A stretch of 64,000 nt of DNA, taken from positions 18,489-82,488 of the forward strand of contig JBNLED010000218.1 of assembly GCA_050304755.1 (NCBI GenBank), read 5' to 3'. The position numbers and the translations under genes are program-made. This document shows, piece after piece, positions 1 to 9,876 of the stretch. Origin of the DNA: Polyangia bacterium (lineage in GTDB: Bacteria > Myxococcota_A > Polyangia > JAAYKL01). The notes under the pieces were generated by a model. The model did no database searches. It was not told the DNA's origin and worked only from the letters and a program-made list of their open reading frames with translations. Positions within the stretch are counted from its first letter, which is position 1. Every line of letters starts with the position of its first letter.

Positions 1-1374
1 GGGGACATCAAGCTCTCGGACTTCGGGATCGCGCATATGGCCGGCGCCTCCCAGATGACCGTGACCGGACAGATCCTCGGATCGCCCGCCTACATGTCGC
101 CGGAGCACGTCGAGATGGCCGAGCTCGACGCGCGCGCCGATATCTTTTCGGTGGGGATCATTCTCTACGAGATCGCCGTGGGGCGCGCGCCGTTCGAGGG
201 CGCCAACCCCCACGCCGTGCTGAAGAAGATCGTCGAGGGGAAATTCAGCGATCCGGTGACGGCGAACCCCGGGATAGGCCATTTCCTATCGAAGACAATT
301 AATAGATGCCTCCGATACGAGCCGAGCGAGCGGTTCGAAACTGCGGCGGCGCTGGGGGAAGCCCTGAAAGAGATGCTCGTCGCGATGGGGCTCGATCAGC
401 CCAGGGAGGATCTGCGGGCCTTCTTCGCGGCCCCGGAGGAGTGGTTCGAATCGCGAAAGTCGGATATCGTTCATCAGACCCTGAACTGGGGCGTCGTCGC
501 CCGAAAGAAGAAAAGATCCCGGGAGGCGATGGATCATTTCAACCGGGTCCTGGCCTTGGATCCGGGCAACGAAAGGGCCATCGAGGCGGTGGCCGGAATG
601 AACCGTCGCAAGCGCCTCCGGACCGTCCTCGAGCGCGCCGCGGTCATCATCCCCGTCGTCATCGCGATCATCGGCCTGGTGTGGGGACTCTCCCGAAAGG
701 CGACACCCGCCCCCGGGCCGGCGCCCGCGCCCCGAGAGCACGGGATCGCCGAGTCGATGATCGCCGACGAGCCTCCCGAGGCGGACACGGGCCCGCCACC
801 CGAGCCCCAGGACACCACGGACGCCACGGCGGCGACGCCGATCGCTCCCGATACCTCGACGGCCTCGAAGCCGCCGCGAACCCGAAAGCGTCCCAAGCCG
901 GACGATGCGCTCGCCACGGTCAGGAGAGTGGTCTTTACCCCGCACCCCCTTGCGGTCGAGATCGTCATCGACGGAGATGCCCGCTTCCCCTTCGGCCCGG
1001 CGAACCGGTTCCGCGAGCTCCCCACCGGGGAGCACACCATCAGCTTCATTCCGAATGATCGCAGGCGGTTCGTCGAGGAGACCTGGAAGGTGACGATCCC
1101 CGAAGGCGATGCGCCGTATCAGTTCCGGAAACGGCTGAAGTGGCGTCCCGCTTCGGTCCTCATCGAAAGTAACGTCGAGGCCACCGTGACCATCCCAGGG
1201 AGAGTCTCCAACAGATCAAACCGCGAGTTTTCGGTTACAATAAAGGACGGCCCCTCGGAGAAGCTGTCCGTCCTGGTGAGCCGGGACGGCTACGTTCCAC
1301 AAACGAAGCCGTTGAATATCAACGCCGGGGAGTTGACAAAGCTGGCGGTGAATCTGGTAAAGAAGAACGATTAG
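1..1374 (+). CDS. Ser/Thr protein kinase, 5' partial (catalytic domain C-lobe, then a basic/Pro-rich region, a TM segment and a C-terminal extracytoplasmic domain)
   Basis: Frame 1 reads GDIKLSDFGIA...GSPAYMSPE...DIFSVGIILYE from base 1. These are kinase subdomains VII-IX (DFG, APE-like), so the start lies upstream of the window. A hydrophobic stretch IIPVVIAIIGLVW follows. Confidence 0.85.
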   Translation, partial: GDIKLSDFGIAHMAGASQMTVTGQILGSPAYMSPEHVEMAELDARADIFSVGIILYEIAVGRAPFEGANPHAVLKKIVEGKFSDPVTANPGIGHFLSKTINRCLRYEPSERFETAAALGEALKEMLVAMGLDQPREDLRAFFAAPEEWFESRKSDIVHQTLNWGVVARKKKRSREAMDHFNRVLALDPGNERAIEAVAGMNRRKRLRTVLERAAVIIPVVIAIIGLVWGLSRKATPAPGPAPAPREHGIAESMIADEPPEADTGPPPEPQDTTDATAATPIAPDTSTASKPPRTRKRPKPDDALATVRRVVFTPHPLAVEIVIDGDARFPFGPANRFRELPTGEHTISFIPNDRRRFVEETWKVTIPEGDAPYQFRKRLKWRPASVLIESNVEATVTIPGRVSNRSNREFSVTIKDGPSEKLSVLVSRDGYVPQTKPLNINAGELTKLAVNLVKKND

Positions 1375-1396
1375 CTATAGGCTCGACGCAGAGGCT

Positions 1397-2350
1397 TTGA
1401 TGAACCACTGGTTGCGACATAGGGGGGCTTGGGGCTCATTCACCGCGGGACTGGTGCTCCTCATGGGGGTAACGGCGGCCGACGTCCGCGCCGATGAATA
1501 CGGATTGTTTTCCAACGCGAAGAACGCGTTCGACGCGGGGGAGTACGAGGTGGCGGTTCAGCGGTTCGAGGAGCTCGTGGCGTCCAACATCCAGAACCCG
1601 GCGCTTGTCTTGGAATCGTACAAGCTCCTCGCGATCAGCTATCTCTTCGCGGGCAACCGCGCCTCCGCGGAGAAAACCTTCACCGAGCTCCTGACCCGGT
1701 CGCCCGACTTCAAGCTGGATCCGCTCCTCTACCCCATGGAAGTCATCGATGTGTTCGCCAAGGTCAAACAGCGGAACGAGAAACGCCTGGAGGAGCTGGC
1801 CAGGGCCCGCGCGGAGGAGGAGAAGAGACGCGTCGCCGAAGAGAAGAGACGTCGCAAGGAGGAGATGGAGCGCCTCACCCGAAATGTCTACATCGAGCGG
1901 ACCCGACAGGAGCGGTCTTTGTTTGTCGCACTGATGCCCCTCGGCGCGGGTCAGTTTCAGAACGGCCACAAGACAAAGGGGGTGATCTTTCTCTCGAGTG
2001 AGGTCGTCCTCGGCACCGCGGCGGTCGTCTCCTACTTCCTCCACTCCGGGCTCCGCCCCGACGCAGAGGATCCCCCGGAGGATCCCGAGATCCGCCGAAA
2101 CTACCAGATACGGGAGCAGGCCTACCGGCTCACCAACCACATTTCGCTGGGGCTCCTCGCCGGGATGATCATCTGGGGAATCGCGGATTCCATGTACCAC
2201 TTCAGGAAGACGGATGTGTCATGGCGAAAGGTGGACGAACGGGAGGTCCCCAAGAATCTCCGGCCCCACACGAAGCTGCGACGCTCATTGAAGGTCACCA
2301 TATTCGCCGAGAAGCAAGGGGTCGTAGCGGGGATCGCGGGCCGCTTCTAA
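1397..2350 (+). CDS. secreted/membrane protein with TPR-like N-terminal region, charged coiled-coil (EEKRR repeats) and a TM segment
   Basis: Starts 23 bp after the kinase stop on the same strand. Has a signal-like N-terminus (LVLLMGVTAADVRA), a KRRVAEEKRRRKEEMERL coiled coil, and hydrophobic helices near the C-terminus. Confidence 0.55.
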   Translation: MMNHWLRHRGAWGSFTAGLVLLMGVTAADVRADEYGLFSNAKNAFDAGEYEVAVQRFEELVASNIQNPALVLESYKLLAISYLFAGNRASAEKTFTELLTRSPDFKLDPLLYPMEVIDVFAKVKQRNEKRLEELARARAEEEKRRVAEEKRRRKEEMERLTRNVYIERTRQERSLFVALMPLGAGQFQNGHKTKGVIFLSSEVVLGTAAVVSYFLHSGLRPDAEDPPEDPEIRRNYQIREQAYRLTNHISLGLLAGMIIWGIADSMYHFRKTDVSWRKVDEREVPKNLRPHTKLRRSLKVTIFAEKQGVVAGIAGRF

Positions 2351-2429
2351 CCCCTAAACCAAGGATCTCGCCGTAGGCCCTGCGGAGGCGGACGTCAAGG
2401 CCGTGCGGACAGACCATTACGTTGAGTTT

Positions 2430-2470
2430 GCGCGCCTCCGCGGACAACGGCGGCGTTCTTCTTTTTGGAC
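2430..2470 (+). terminator. possible rho-independent terminator (weak stem CCGCGG...GCGG followed by TTCTTCTTTTT)
   Basis: GC stem followed by a T-rich run, about 80 bp after the stop of the 1397..2350 gene. Confidence 0.25.
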
Positions 2471-2566
2471 TGGTCACATAAGGTCACGCTTCCATTCCAA
2501 AGAAACAGCTGATTGTCTGAAATGATTTATGAGCGGTTCGACCGTGCGGAAAAAGAAAGAGAGGAG

Positions 2567-2824
2567 TTATTCCATGCCTTCGGCGTCGCCCTCTGCGGCG
2601 GGCTCACCCTCTTCACCGGCACCCTCGTCGCCCATACCTTCATCCGCGGCAGCGGGCTCACCCTCTTCTTCCATAGCATCCCCTTCTCCTGTCAGCTCAT
2701 CGGCCTCTCCGGCGCCCTCGTCGGCAGCCGCTTCATCTGCACCTGCGGGCGCGGTAGAGGCGCCGCCACAACCGAGAGCAAAAGCAAACAGACCGATCAG
2801 TGCGATAGCAATCAAACGCTTCAT
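2567..2824 (-). CDS. small acidic secreted (lipo)protein, Glu/Asp/Ala-rich
   Basis: Signal peptide MKRLIAIALIGLFAFALGCGG with Cys. AAGGAG sits 9 nt upstream of the ATG on the minus strand. The overlapping + frames are low-complexity mirror ORFs. Confidence 0.55.
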   Translation of the reverse strand: MKRLIAIALIGLFAFALGCGGASTAPAGADEAAADEGAGEADELTGEGDAMEEEGEPAAADEGMGDEGAGEEGEPAAEGDAEGME

Positions 2825-3172
2825 TGGATTTTCTCCTTTCAGGGTATGGCAGTTTGGCTCACACCCGCATTCGTTCAGAAGGTTTTAGGAAACCTACTCG
2901 CTTTTTGGGTAAACATCAAGAACACGGATTCAAAAATGTGCTTTTTTTACTTTTTAATATTGTAGAATATATCGGAACGAAATGGTTTTGTTCATCACCG
3001 CATTCAGCATCATATTTCAGACAGAAAACTCCTTTTTAACTCGAGGAAAGAACCGGGGCTCCAAGTCTTGTGAAAGGGGAAGCCTCCTCTCCTCTTTATT
3101 TAATGCGGAAACTATCTTTCCTCGACCATTGTGATAGGTAACCTTTGACAGGATATTTGAATTGTAAATAAG

Positions 3173-5746
3173 ATGAAGATACTCCTAAAAAACATACACT
3201 CTTGCCAAATAATTACAGTCGCCATATGCGTTCTAGCAGGGGTACTGCTCACCTTGACTCGCCGGATCCCGGATACAGAGGGACAGGACGCCGTGCGACA
3301 ACTGTCGAACTCGACCCACCTCGATATTCAACCGGAATCCGTCATGTGGATTTCCGGCGCACCGACCGGATCGTTCAGCGCCGCGCTGACATGGCATGAG
3401 ATTGTCTTCCTGGGACGACGGGACAATGCCAAGGCGCGGGAGCTCTATCGGGCGGAGGTCCGGGCCCTCGACAAAGATAGAATTTTCGGAATTCGGAACG
3501 TCCGGAACCTCTCCAAGACCAAGGTCGGCGACGAATTCACCCTGACCGCCGCCGCGTCACGGGTGGCGGCGGCGACTCAGGTGCTCGGCCAGATACGGTC
3601 AATCACCATTTACGATTTCAATAAGCAAGCCGCGACGGAAACCGGGGAATGGTCTTCGGTCACGCGATGGCTCAACCGCATCACCAACTGGATGGAGACG
3701 GGAAAGGCGGCGGGGCTGGATCGCAAGGTGGTCCGCTTCGCCCGGCCACCCGTGAGCGTCACCATGGCGTTTTCCGGAGATAAGCTTCGCGTCCAGTGGG
3801 AGGATCTCCAGGGGGAGGTGACCCACACCGAGATCCCCCCTGACGGCGCCATCTCCGAGAAGGAGAACCTCACGGTCACGTCCGCGGTCACGCTGGCCAA
3901 GCGTCCGGTGCTCTGGTTGGTGGATACGATCCGGGGGCTCTCATGGGTTGGGCCCGGCCCCATCGAATGGGCCGAAGGACGCTTCTTCGCTTTGAAGGAC
4001 GCGGTGACCCGGACGCGATACGCCCTGTTCGGCGATGAGGAGTTGGGCGAGGAGGACACCCCGGCGGCGGAATCGAAGGCGCTCGCGCCGGCGGTGCTCA
4101 ATCTCCCCCCGGGGTTGGAGATCGGCAAGGATGACCGGGAGGTGTGGCCCCCTCCGAAATTCGATCCGCCGGTGTACAAACGGCGTCTGCCGGGAGAGGG
4201 CACCTGGCAACCGTTCCAGCCGGCTTTCCTGAAGGCGCTGCCCGGGGCGCCCCCCGCCTTCTACAGGAGCATCACGAGGCCGGACGGCGCCAGGCCGTAC
4301 ATCAAGGTGCACCTCTTCGCTATGGACATGCGTCAGCTGGAAATTCACATGGTGGGCGGTCACGAGGACCCCCAGTCCACCACGGGCAGCACCGGGACCG
4401 GTCACTTCCCCCGGCGCCCCGAGATCCTCAACCGCCTGGTGGCGGCGTTCAACGGGGCCTTCAAGACGGAGCACGGAGAGTACGGCATGATCGTCGAGAA
4501 GGATGTGCTCCTGCCCCCCCAGCCCCGCGCCGCCACGGTCGCCTCCCTCGAGGACGGCACCACCCTCGTGGGCTCCTGGCCGGAGGGGTTCTCCGCGCCC
4601 GAGTCCCTCGTCTCCCTTCGGCAGAACATGGATCCCGTCGTGGAGAACGGCGTGGTCAATCCGCGACGACGCTACCTCTGGGGGTTCACACTGGATGAGG
4701 ACATCACCAAGATGCACACCATCCGCTCCGGGGTCTGCATGTCCGACAAGGGATACCTGGTGTACGCCTGGGGCGAGGATCTCACCGCCCAGACCCTGGG
4801 CACCGCCATGAACGCGGCTGGATGCGTCTACGGCGTCCACCTGGACATGAACCCGTTCCACACTTCATTTATCTTCTATGACATCGCGGACTATCAGACC
4901 CCCGGGGAGCGGCCCGAGTTCAAGGCGGAGGTCGCCCTGAAGGAGATGCGCTACTCACCCCACCGGTACATCAACGGCGCGCCCAAGGATTTCTTCTTCC
5001 TGACCCTCCGGGACTCGAGCCCGGGGCCCGGATGGACGGCGGAGGGGATCGCCCAGCCCGCGCCGGCCTTCATCCCGGCGGTGTTCCGGCGGGAGAAGGA
5101 CGGCTGCACGTTCCTCGCGGTGGACCGCACGAGAACCCAGGTGCGTCTGGATCACGGAGATATCCCGTCGTCCCTCGCCCCGAATACCGGCGCCGGGAAG
5201 CAAGAAGACATCGAGAGCGATCTCCTCGTGATCGCCTCGCTGGGCCCCTGGTCGTCCACCCGGGGACAGCTCGTCGGCGAGACCGTTGTGGCGACATTGT
5301 CCGACCACCGGGCAACGCTCGGGATGGGCGGTTCCAAGGCGCTGGTGATCGGCCCGTGGCCGCTCCAGGATGCGCAGCGATCCATCATCGGCAACGCGAT
5401 CCAGGGGAACTGGCTCGATGACGACGCGGCCCCGGAAGGGGAGGTGATGGCACTGGCCGTCAAGGGGGACTGGTTGATGATCGGCCTGGGACAGCGGCCC
5501 ATCATTCGAAGAGAATTCGAAGCATCGGGGCTCACCCAGGGGATCTGCTTCGCCTCGTCCCAGGCGGAGAAGCCCCTCTCCCTGGCCGTCAGGGGGGAGA
5601 AGGGCATGCTGGACGCCGCCGGGAATGCGATGGAGCTCTGGGACAGGACCGCGGCGCTCCGGATCGTGGCCCGGCCCAAACCCCTCGGCGCGAGGAGGCT
5701 CGAGACCGCCTTCGGGCAGCCGATGGTCGAGGCGAAAAAGAAATGA
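3173..5746 (+). CDS. large N-terminally anchored periplasmic protein (857 aa); central region weakly resembles a phosphodiester glycosidase (NAGPA-like) domain
   Basis: N-terminal hydrophobic anchor IITVAICVLAGVLLTL. Motifs FNGAFKTEHGEYGMIV and GCVYGVHLDMNPFHTSF. Ends 19 bp upstream of murI, so likely co-transcribed. The domain call is by recall only. Confidence 0.7.
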   Translation: MKILLKNIHSCQIITVAICVLAGVLLTLTRRIPDTEGQDAVRQLSNSTHLDIQPESVMWISGAPTGSFSAALTWHEIVFLGRRDNAKARELYRAEVRALDKDRIFGIRNVRNLSKTKVGDEFTLTAAASRVAAATQVLGQIRSITIYDFNKQAATETGEWSSVTRWLNRITNWMETGKAAGLDRKVVRFARPPVSVTMAFSGDKLRVQWEDLQGEVTHTEIPPDGAISEKENLTVTSAVTLAKRPVLWLVDTIRGLSWVGPGPIEWAEGRFFALKDAVTRTRYALFGDEELGEEDTPAAESKALAPAVLNLPPGLEIGKDDREVWPPPKFDPPVYKRRLPGEGTWQPFQPAFLKALPGAPPAFYRSITRPDGARPYIKVHLFAMDMRQLEIHMVGGHEDPQSTTGSTGTGHFPRRPEILNRLVAAFNGAFKTEHGEYGMIVEKDVLLPPQPRAATVASLEDGTTLVGSWPEGFSAPESLVSLRQNMDPVVENGVVNPRRRYLWGFTLDEDITKMHTIRSGVCMSDKGYLVYAWGEDLTAQTLGTAMNAAGCVYGVHLDMNPFHTSFIFYDIADYQTPGERPEFKAEVALKEMRYSPHRYINGAPKDFFFLTLRDSSPGPGWTAEGIAQPAPAFIPAVFRREKDGCTFLAVDRTRTQVRLDHGDIPSSLAPNTGAGKQEDIESDLLVIASLGPWSSTRGQLVGETVVATLSDHRATLGMGGSKALVIGPWPLQDAQRSIIGNAIQGNWLDDDAAPEGEVMALAVKGDWLMIGLGQRPIIRREFEASGLTQGICFASSQAEKPLSLAVRGEKGMLDAAGNAMELWDRTAALRIVARPKPLGARRLETAFGQPMVEAKKK

Positions 5747-5764
5747 GAGGCAAAGAGAGTCCGC

Positions 5765-6580
5765 ATGACATCGACACCCAATGAGCTTCCCATCGGCGTT
5801 TTCGACTCCGGGCTGGGGGGATTGACTGTGGTCCGGGCCATCCGGCACCGGTTGCCGAACGAGAACATCATCTATCTCGGAGACAACGCGAGGGTTCCAT
5901 ACGGGACGCGTTCGAGGGCCACCATCGAGCGGTACGCCGAGAACTGCGCCGGTTTCCTCCTCTCGCAGGGGCTGAAGATGTTGGTGGTGGCCTGCAACAC
6001 GGTCTCCGCCGTCGCCCTCCCCGTCATCGCGAAGCGGACCTCGGTTCCCCTGCTCGGGGTCATCGCCGCGGGGGCTCGCGCCGTGACGGTGTCCGGATCT
6101 CCCCGCATCGGCGTCATCGGCACCGTGGGAACCATCCGATCCAACGCCTACCTCGAGAAGATATCCGAACGGGATCCGACCTGCGAGGTATTTCAAAAGC
6201 CCGCCCCCCTCTTCGTCCCCCTCGCGGAGGAGGGGTGGACCACCGGCGACGTCCCGAAGGCCGTGGCCTCCCACTACCTGGAATCCCTGGTGGAGAAGGG
6301 CATCGAAATCCTGCTCCTCGGGTGCACCCACTATCCGCTGCTGACAGACACGATCCGGGAGGTGCTCGGCGCCCTCGGCAGCCGGGCCATGGTCGTCGAC
6401 TCTGCCTCCTCCATGGCCGCGGATGTGCAGCAGACGATCGAGCGTGAGAAGCTTGAAACGGCGTCCGCCGAAAGGGGACGGCTGACCTGTTACGTCACCG
6501 ACCTGCCGGAGAGCTTCGAGGAAATGGCGACCCGATTTCTCGGGGAGAAACCGGAGCGGATTGTCTCTGTGGATTTGTAA
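5765..6580 (+). CDS. murI: glutamate racemase
   Basis: GVFDSGLGGLTV near the N-terminus, ACNTVSA and GCTHYPLL motifs, typical ~270 aa length. Confidence 0.92.
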   Translation: MTSTPNELPIGVFDSGLGGLTVVRAIRHRLPNENIIYLGDNARVPYGTRSRATIERYAENCAGFLLSQGLKMLVVACNTVSAVALPVIAKRTSVPLLGVIAAGARAVTVSGSPRIGVIGTVGTIRSNAYLEKISERDPTCEVFQKPAPLFVPLAEEGWTTGDVPKAVASHYLESLVEKGIEILLLGCTHYPLLTDTIREVLGALGSRAMVVDSASSMAADVQQTIEREKLETASAERGRLTCYVTDLPESFEEMATRFLGEKPERIVSVDL

Positions 6581-6783
6581 AAATTCATTTGACTAATAAT
6601 AATTATAAACACATATATGGAATTTGATTGCGACGGGTAAACCTACTATCATAGTTGATTGAAGCTGTCCCACGGGCGCGGTCCCCCATCTTACCACTGA
6701 AGGCTCTTATGGGGGACTGGAGGCAGCGACATTGGAATTACCTCCCTGATAACGGGAGGTTGGCAAGTGCAAGGAGATAAAAT

Positions 6784-7563
6784 ATGTTTGAAGAATCACC
6801 GATGAGTAATGAACGCGGGGACGAGCGGGAGGCGGCCGAGGGGCCGGTTGACGAAGAGCGGGGGGAGTTCGACGCGCCCTCCTCGGACGAAGAGGAGCGC
6901 GCGCCCGAGAACGGTTCCGAGACCATCAAGGTGGCCATCGATTGGGTCGAGTTCGAAGGGGCGCTGGAGAACAACTCGCCGGATCTGCGCAGCTTCCTCA
7001 ACAAGATCACCGGTGATGTGATCCGCGTCTTCGAGAGCGGGGACGGTTCCGATCTCAAGCTCCGGCAGACCGAGGAGAACGATGACTTCATCTACATCGA
7101 ACCCATCTCCTCCAGGGAACAGTATCGCTGGATGGAGGAGTTCATCGAGGTGGTGGAGGAGTCGACCCTCAAGGACAAGCTCAACATCGCCATTGACGGG
7201 AAGGGGGCCTTTCGGCGTTTCAAGGACGTTTTGATGGCCTACCCCACGGAGCGGGAGCGGTGGTTCGCGAAACGATCCAGCAAGCTGCACGCGCACATGG
7301 TGGAGTGGCTCAAGTCCAAGAACGTCCAATCCACCAACACCCCTCCATGGGAGGACAACGAGAGCGCGGGGCGCCGCGACGAGCGCAGCAGGGGCCGCGG
7401 AGACTCCGATTCCCGAAACTGGCGGGACAACTCCGCCGATCTGAGGATAGTGGCCCGGGAGCTGCTCGATTTGATCCCCTCCCGGGAGCTCCCCACCGCT
7501 GTGGCGTTTCTCGAGTTCCTGAAAGGACGGCGGGGATATCGCCGCTCAAATAACTTCAGCTGA
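6784..7563 (+). CDS. acidic cytoplasmic protein, UPF0158-like (IDGKGAFRRFKDVL...RWF.KR motif)
   Basis: AAGGAG RBS 7 nt upstream of the ATG. Conserved-looking block NIAIDGKGAFRRFKDVLMAYPTERERWFAKR. Family assignment is by recall. Confidence 0.65.
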   Translation: MFEESPMSNERGDEREAAEGPVDEERGEFDAPSSDEEERAPENGSETIKVAIDWVEFEGALENNSPDLRSFLNKITGDVIRVFESGDGSDLKLRQTEENDDFIYIEPISSREQYRWMEEFIEVVEESTLKDKLNIAIDGKGAFRRFKDVLMAYPTERERWFAKRSSKLHAHMVEWLKSKNVQSTNTPPWEDNESAGRRDERSRGRGDSDSRNWRDNSADLRIVARELLDLIPSRELPTAVAFLEFLKGRRGYRRSNNFS

Positions 7564-7564
7564 C

Positions 7565-8236
7565 GTGCCGAATCTCCCCCACCATCTCCTGTCCCTGCTC
7601 TTGGTCTTCTCTTGGTCGACGGTCGGAAACGCGGAAGAGAGCACAGACAACGCCCTCATCGTGGACGGCATCTCGGTTCTCTCGGGCAGCCGATCCGCCA
7701 ACGAATCTGAGGCGGTCCCCGTCCTCCTCTCGGATATTGAATTCGAAGCCGTCCTTATCATCGCTTCCAGAATGGGCCCCGCGGGGCTCGATCATCGCCC
7801 CACCGAGGACGACTGGGTTCGGGCGCGACGAAGGGCCACGCTGATTCGACTGCTCGCCGACCAGGCGCGCCATCTCCACGAGACCGCGGCGCCCCTGATC
7901 AAGCGCCAGCTCCTGAACCAGGTGGTCTACGACCTGGGGGGGGAGGAGGCGCTCGACGGCCTGCTGGCGCGGTTCGGCATGCGTCGCTCGGCCCTCGACA
8001 GCTGGGTGGAGGACGCGGCCTTGGCGCTCATTCAAATTCGGTACATAAAAGACCAGGTGGAGAGACCCTCGAGGAGAGACGTCGAGGCCAAGGCGCGGGC
8101 CGCGGGCGCGACGCAACCGGACACCGAGAAACGGGAGGAATACCGGCGGATGATTCTCGAGGAGAAGATGGACAAGCAGATAGAAAAATGGCTTGAAGAG
8201 ACGAGACAACGGGGACATATTCGGATAATTCGATGA
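7565..8236 (+). CDS. secreted protein, SurA-N/PpiD-like chaperone domain possible
   Basis: GTG start 1 nt after the previous stop. Signal peptide LLSLLLVFSWSTVGNA. Helical, charged C-terminal half. The start codon is uncertain. Confidence 0.5.
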   Translation: MPNLPHHLLSLLLVFSWSTVGNAEESTDNALIVDGISVLSGSRSANESEAVPVLLSDIEFEAVLIIASRMGPAGLDHRPTEDDWVRARRRATLIRLLADQARHLHETAAPLIKRQLLNQVVYDLGGEEALDGLLARFGMRRSALDSWVEDAALALIQIRYIKDQVERPSRRDVEAKARAAGATQPDTEKREEYRRMILEEKMDKQIEKWLEETRQRGHIRIIR

Positions 8237-8727
8237 AGAATGAGGCACATCTCCCGTTCGCCGAGCAACCGGCGAGCACCGCGCCCCGAATCCGCGTCGC
8301 GAGCCTCGGGGATCTCGACGCCATCATGGATATCGAAACCCTCTCCTTCACCACCCCGTGGTCGCGCGAGGCCATGGTCCAGGAGATAGAGCAGCGGGAT
8401 TGGTCGCGGGTGGTCGTCGCCACGGTGGAGAAGAAGACGGTCAGCTTCATGGTGTATTGGGTGGTGGTGGACGAGCTTCACCTGTTGAACCTGGCGGTGC
8501 ATCCCAAGTGGCGCCGACGCGGCATCGGCAGGGCGATGGTGAGGTATCTGGCGGAGCTCGCGGAGGAGAACTATCTGACCACCCTCTTTCTGGAGGTCCG
8601 CGTCTCCAACAAGGCGGCGCAGAAGCTCTACTGGGAGTTCGGATTCAAACCGGTCGCCATCCGGCAGAACTACTACTCCGACAACGGAGAGGACGCTATC
8701 GTCATGTGCCTAAGGAGGAATGGATGA
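8233..8727 (+). CDS. rimI: ribosomal-protein-alanine N-acetyltransferase (GNAT)
   Basis: GNAT motifs LAVHPKWRRRGIGRAMV and AAQKLYWEFGF. 164 aa. Overlaps the neighbouring genes by 4 bp at each end. Confidence 0.85.
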   Translation: MKNEAHLPFAEQPASTAPRIRVASLGDLDAIMDIETLSFTTPWSREAMVQEIEQRDWSRVVVATVEKKTVSFMVYWVVVDELHLLNLAVHPKWRRRGIGRAMVRYLAELAEENYLTTLFLEVRVSNKAAQKLYWEFGFKPVAIRQNYYSDNGEDAIVMCLRRNG

Positions 8728-9827
8728 AATCCTGGAAGCCAGTGTTTGTATTCGTCGCCATCGCGCTGCTCACCGCTTGCGGCGGCAAAAAGAAAGACGC
8801 CACGACGCCCGATAAGGAGGCGACGACCGAGGAGTCGAAGGGGGACGAGAGGGCGGGAGAGGCGGAGAAGAAGATCAGGACATGGCTCAGCACGGATCTC
8901 GCGAAGAAGATGTCCGAGATGGGCAAGGCCATCGGCAAGGACGTGGGGGTGAAGCTCGCCAAGAATCCGGAGGTCATCAGCAAGGCCAAGGCGCTGAGCG
9001 GCGCGATCTTCAAGGACGGGGCGGTCAAGCCGAAGCTCAAGGCCATCGAGGACCGGGCCACCGCAGGGTTCGGGAAGAAGCTCAGCCTCGGGTGGAAGGC
9101 CATCAAGTCCGGCGGCCTCGACAACTTCAAGAAGAAGGTCGCCGCGGACGCCCAGCGGGTGGCGATGGAGGTCATGTCCGTGTACCTCAAGGAGAACCTC
9201 CTCAAGGACGAGCGGACCGCCGCGCTGCTCAAGGAATTCACACCGGTCCTCAAGCTCCAGGGACAGATGGCCGCCTTGGCGCTTCAGGAGAACCTCTCCC
9301 CGAAAGCGACCAAGAAGATCGTGGGCATCGCGCTGCGCCTCTCCTCCACCGGGGCGAACCCGGACATGGCGGACAGTGTGGACGCCTGGATCAAGGAGTG
9401 CGAGAGCGACGTCGACTCGAAGATGGAAACCCTGGTCGCCCAGGTGGGCAACCTCGAGTCCCTCCAGACGGCCGCCGCGGGGGTCGCCGTCGATGTCCTG
9501 GCACATCCCCGGACCAAAAAGGAGCTGGCCGACCTGGCGGTACGGCTCGTGGATGACAAGGCCGTGAACCAGGCCCTCACGAAGGTGTACGAAGCCGCCG
9601 CGTTCGAAAAGGGGGACGCGGCCATCCGGCAGGCCATGGAGGGCGTCCTGGCCATCGATACCGTGGACCGGGAGCTCTTCACCACCCTGGAGCGCCTCTC
9701 CTCCGCGCCGGGAGCGGGGGCCATCATCGGCAAACACCTGAACACCGTCACCGAGGATCCGAAGCTCGCGGCCATCGTCGAGGACTTCGTCATCAGCGTC
9801 CTCGAGACCTGCGGTGATCCCTCCTGA
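8724..9827 (+). CDS. Lys-rich alpha-helical lipoprotein
   Basis: Internal ATG with AGGAGG 5 nt upstream. Lipoprotein signal MKSWKPVFVFVAIALLTACGG. ATGA overlap with the rimI stop. The long upstream extension of the ORF was rejected. Confidence 0.7.
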   Translation: MKSWKPVFVFVAIALLTACGGKKKDATTPDKEATTEESKGDERAGEAEKKIRTWLSTDLAKKMSEMGKAIGKDVGVKLAKNPEVISKAKALSGAIFKDGAVKPKLKAIEDRATAGFGKKLSLGWKAIKSGGLDNFKKKVAADAQRVAMEVMSVYLKENLLKDERTAALLKEFTPVLKLQGQMAALALQENLSPKATKKIVGIALRLSSTGANPDMADSVDAWIKECESDVDSKMETLVAQVGNLESLQTAAAGVAVDVLAHPRTKKELADLAVRLVDDKAVNQALTKVYEAAAFEKGDAAIRQAMEGVLAIDTVDRELFTTLERLSSAPGAGAIIGKHLNTVTEDPKLAAIVEDFVISVLETCGDPS

Positions 9828-9876
9828 TCCCGATCTCGATGATGGGTTCCCCTCACAATCAAGGCGGCGGCGCATC

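Noticed and set aside
2513-2965. Plus-strand ORFs (150 and 119 aa, Ser/Pro/Ala-rich) overlapping the small acidic lipoprotein gene
   Set aside because: They are low-complexity mirror-frame translations of the GC-rich Glu/Ala-coding minus-strand gene. The minus gene has a canonical signal peptide and RBS.
8358-8723. Long N-terminal extension (122 aa) of the lipoprotein ORF overlapping rimI
   Set aside because: An internal ATG at 8724 has an AGGAGG RBS and begins a textbook lipoprotein signal. The extension overlaps rimI in another frame and is Gly/Arg-rich frame noise.
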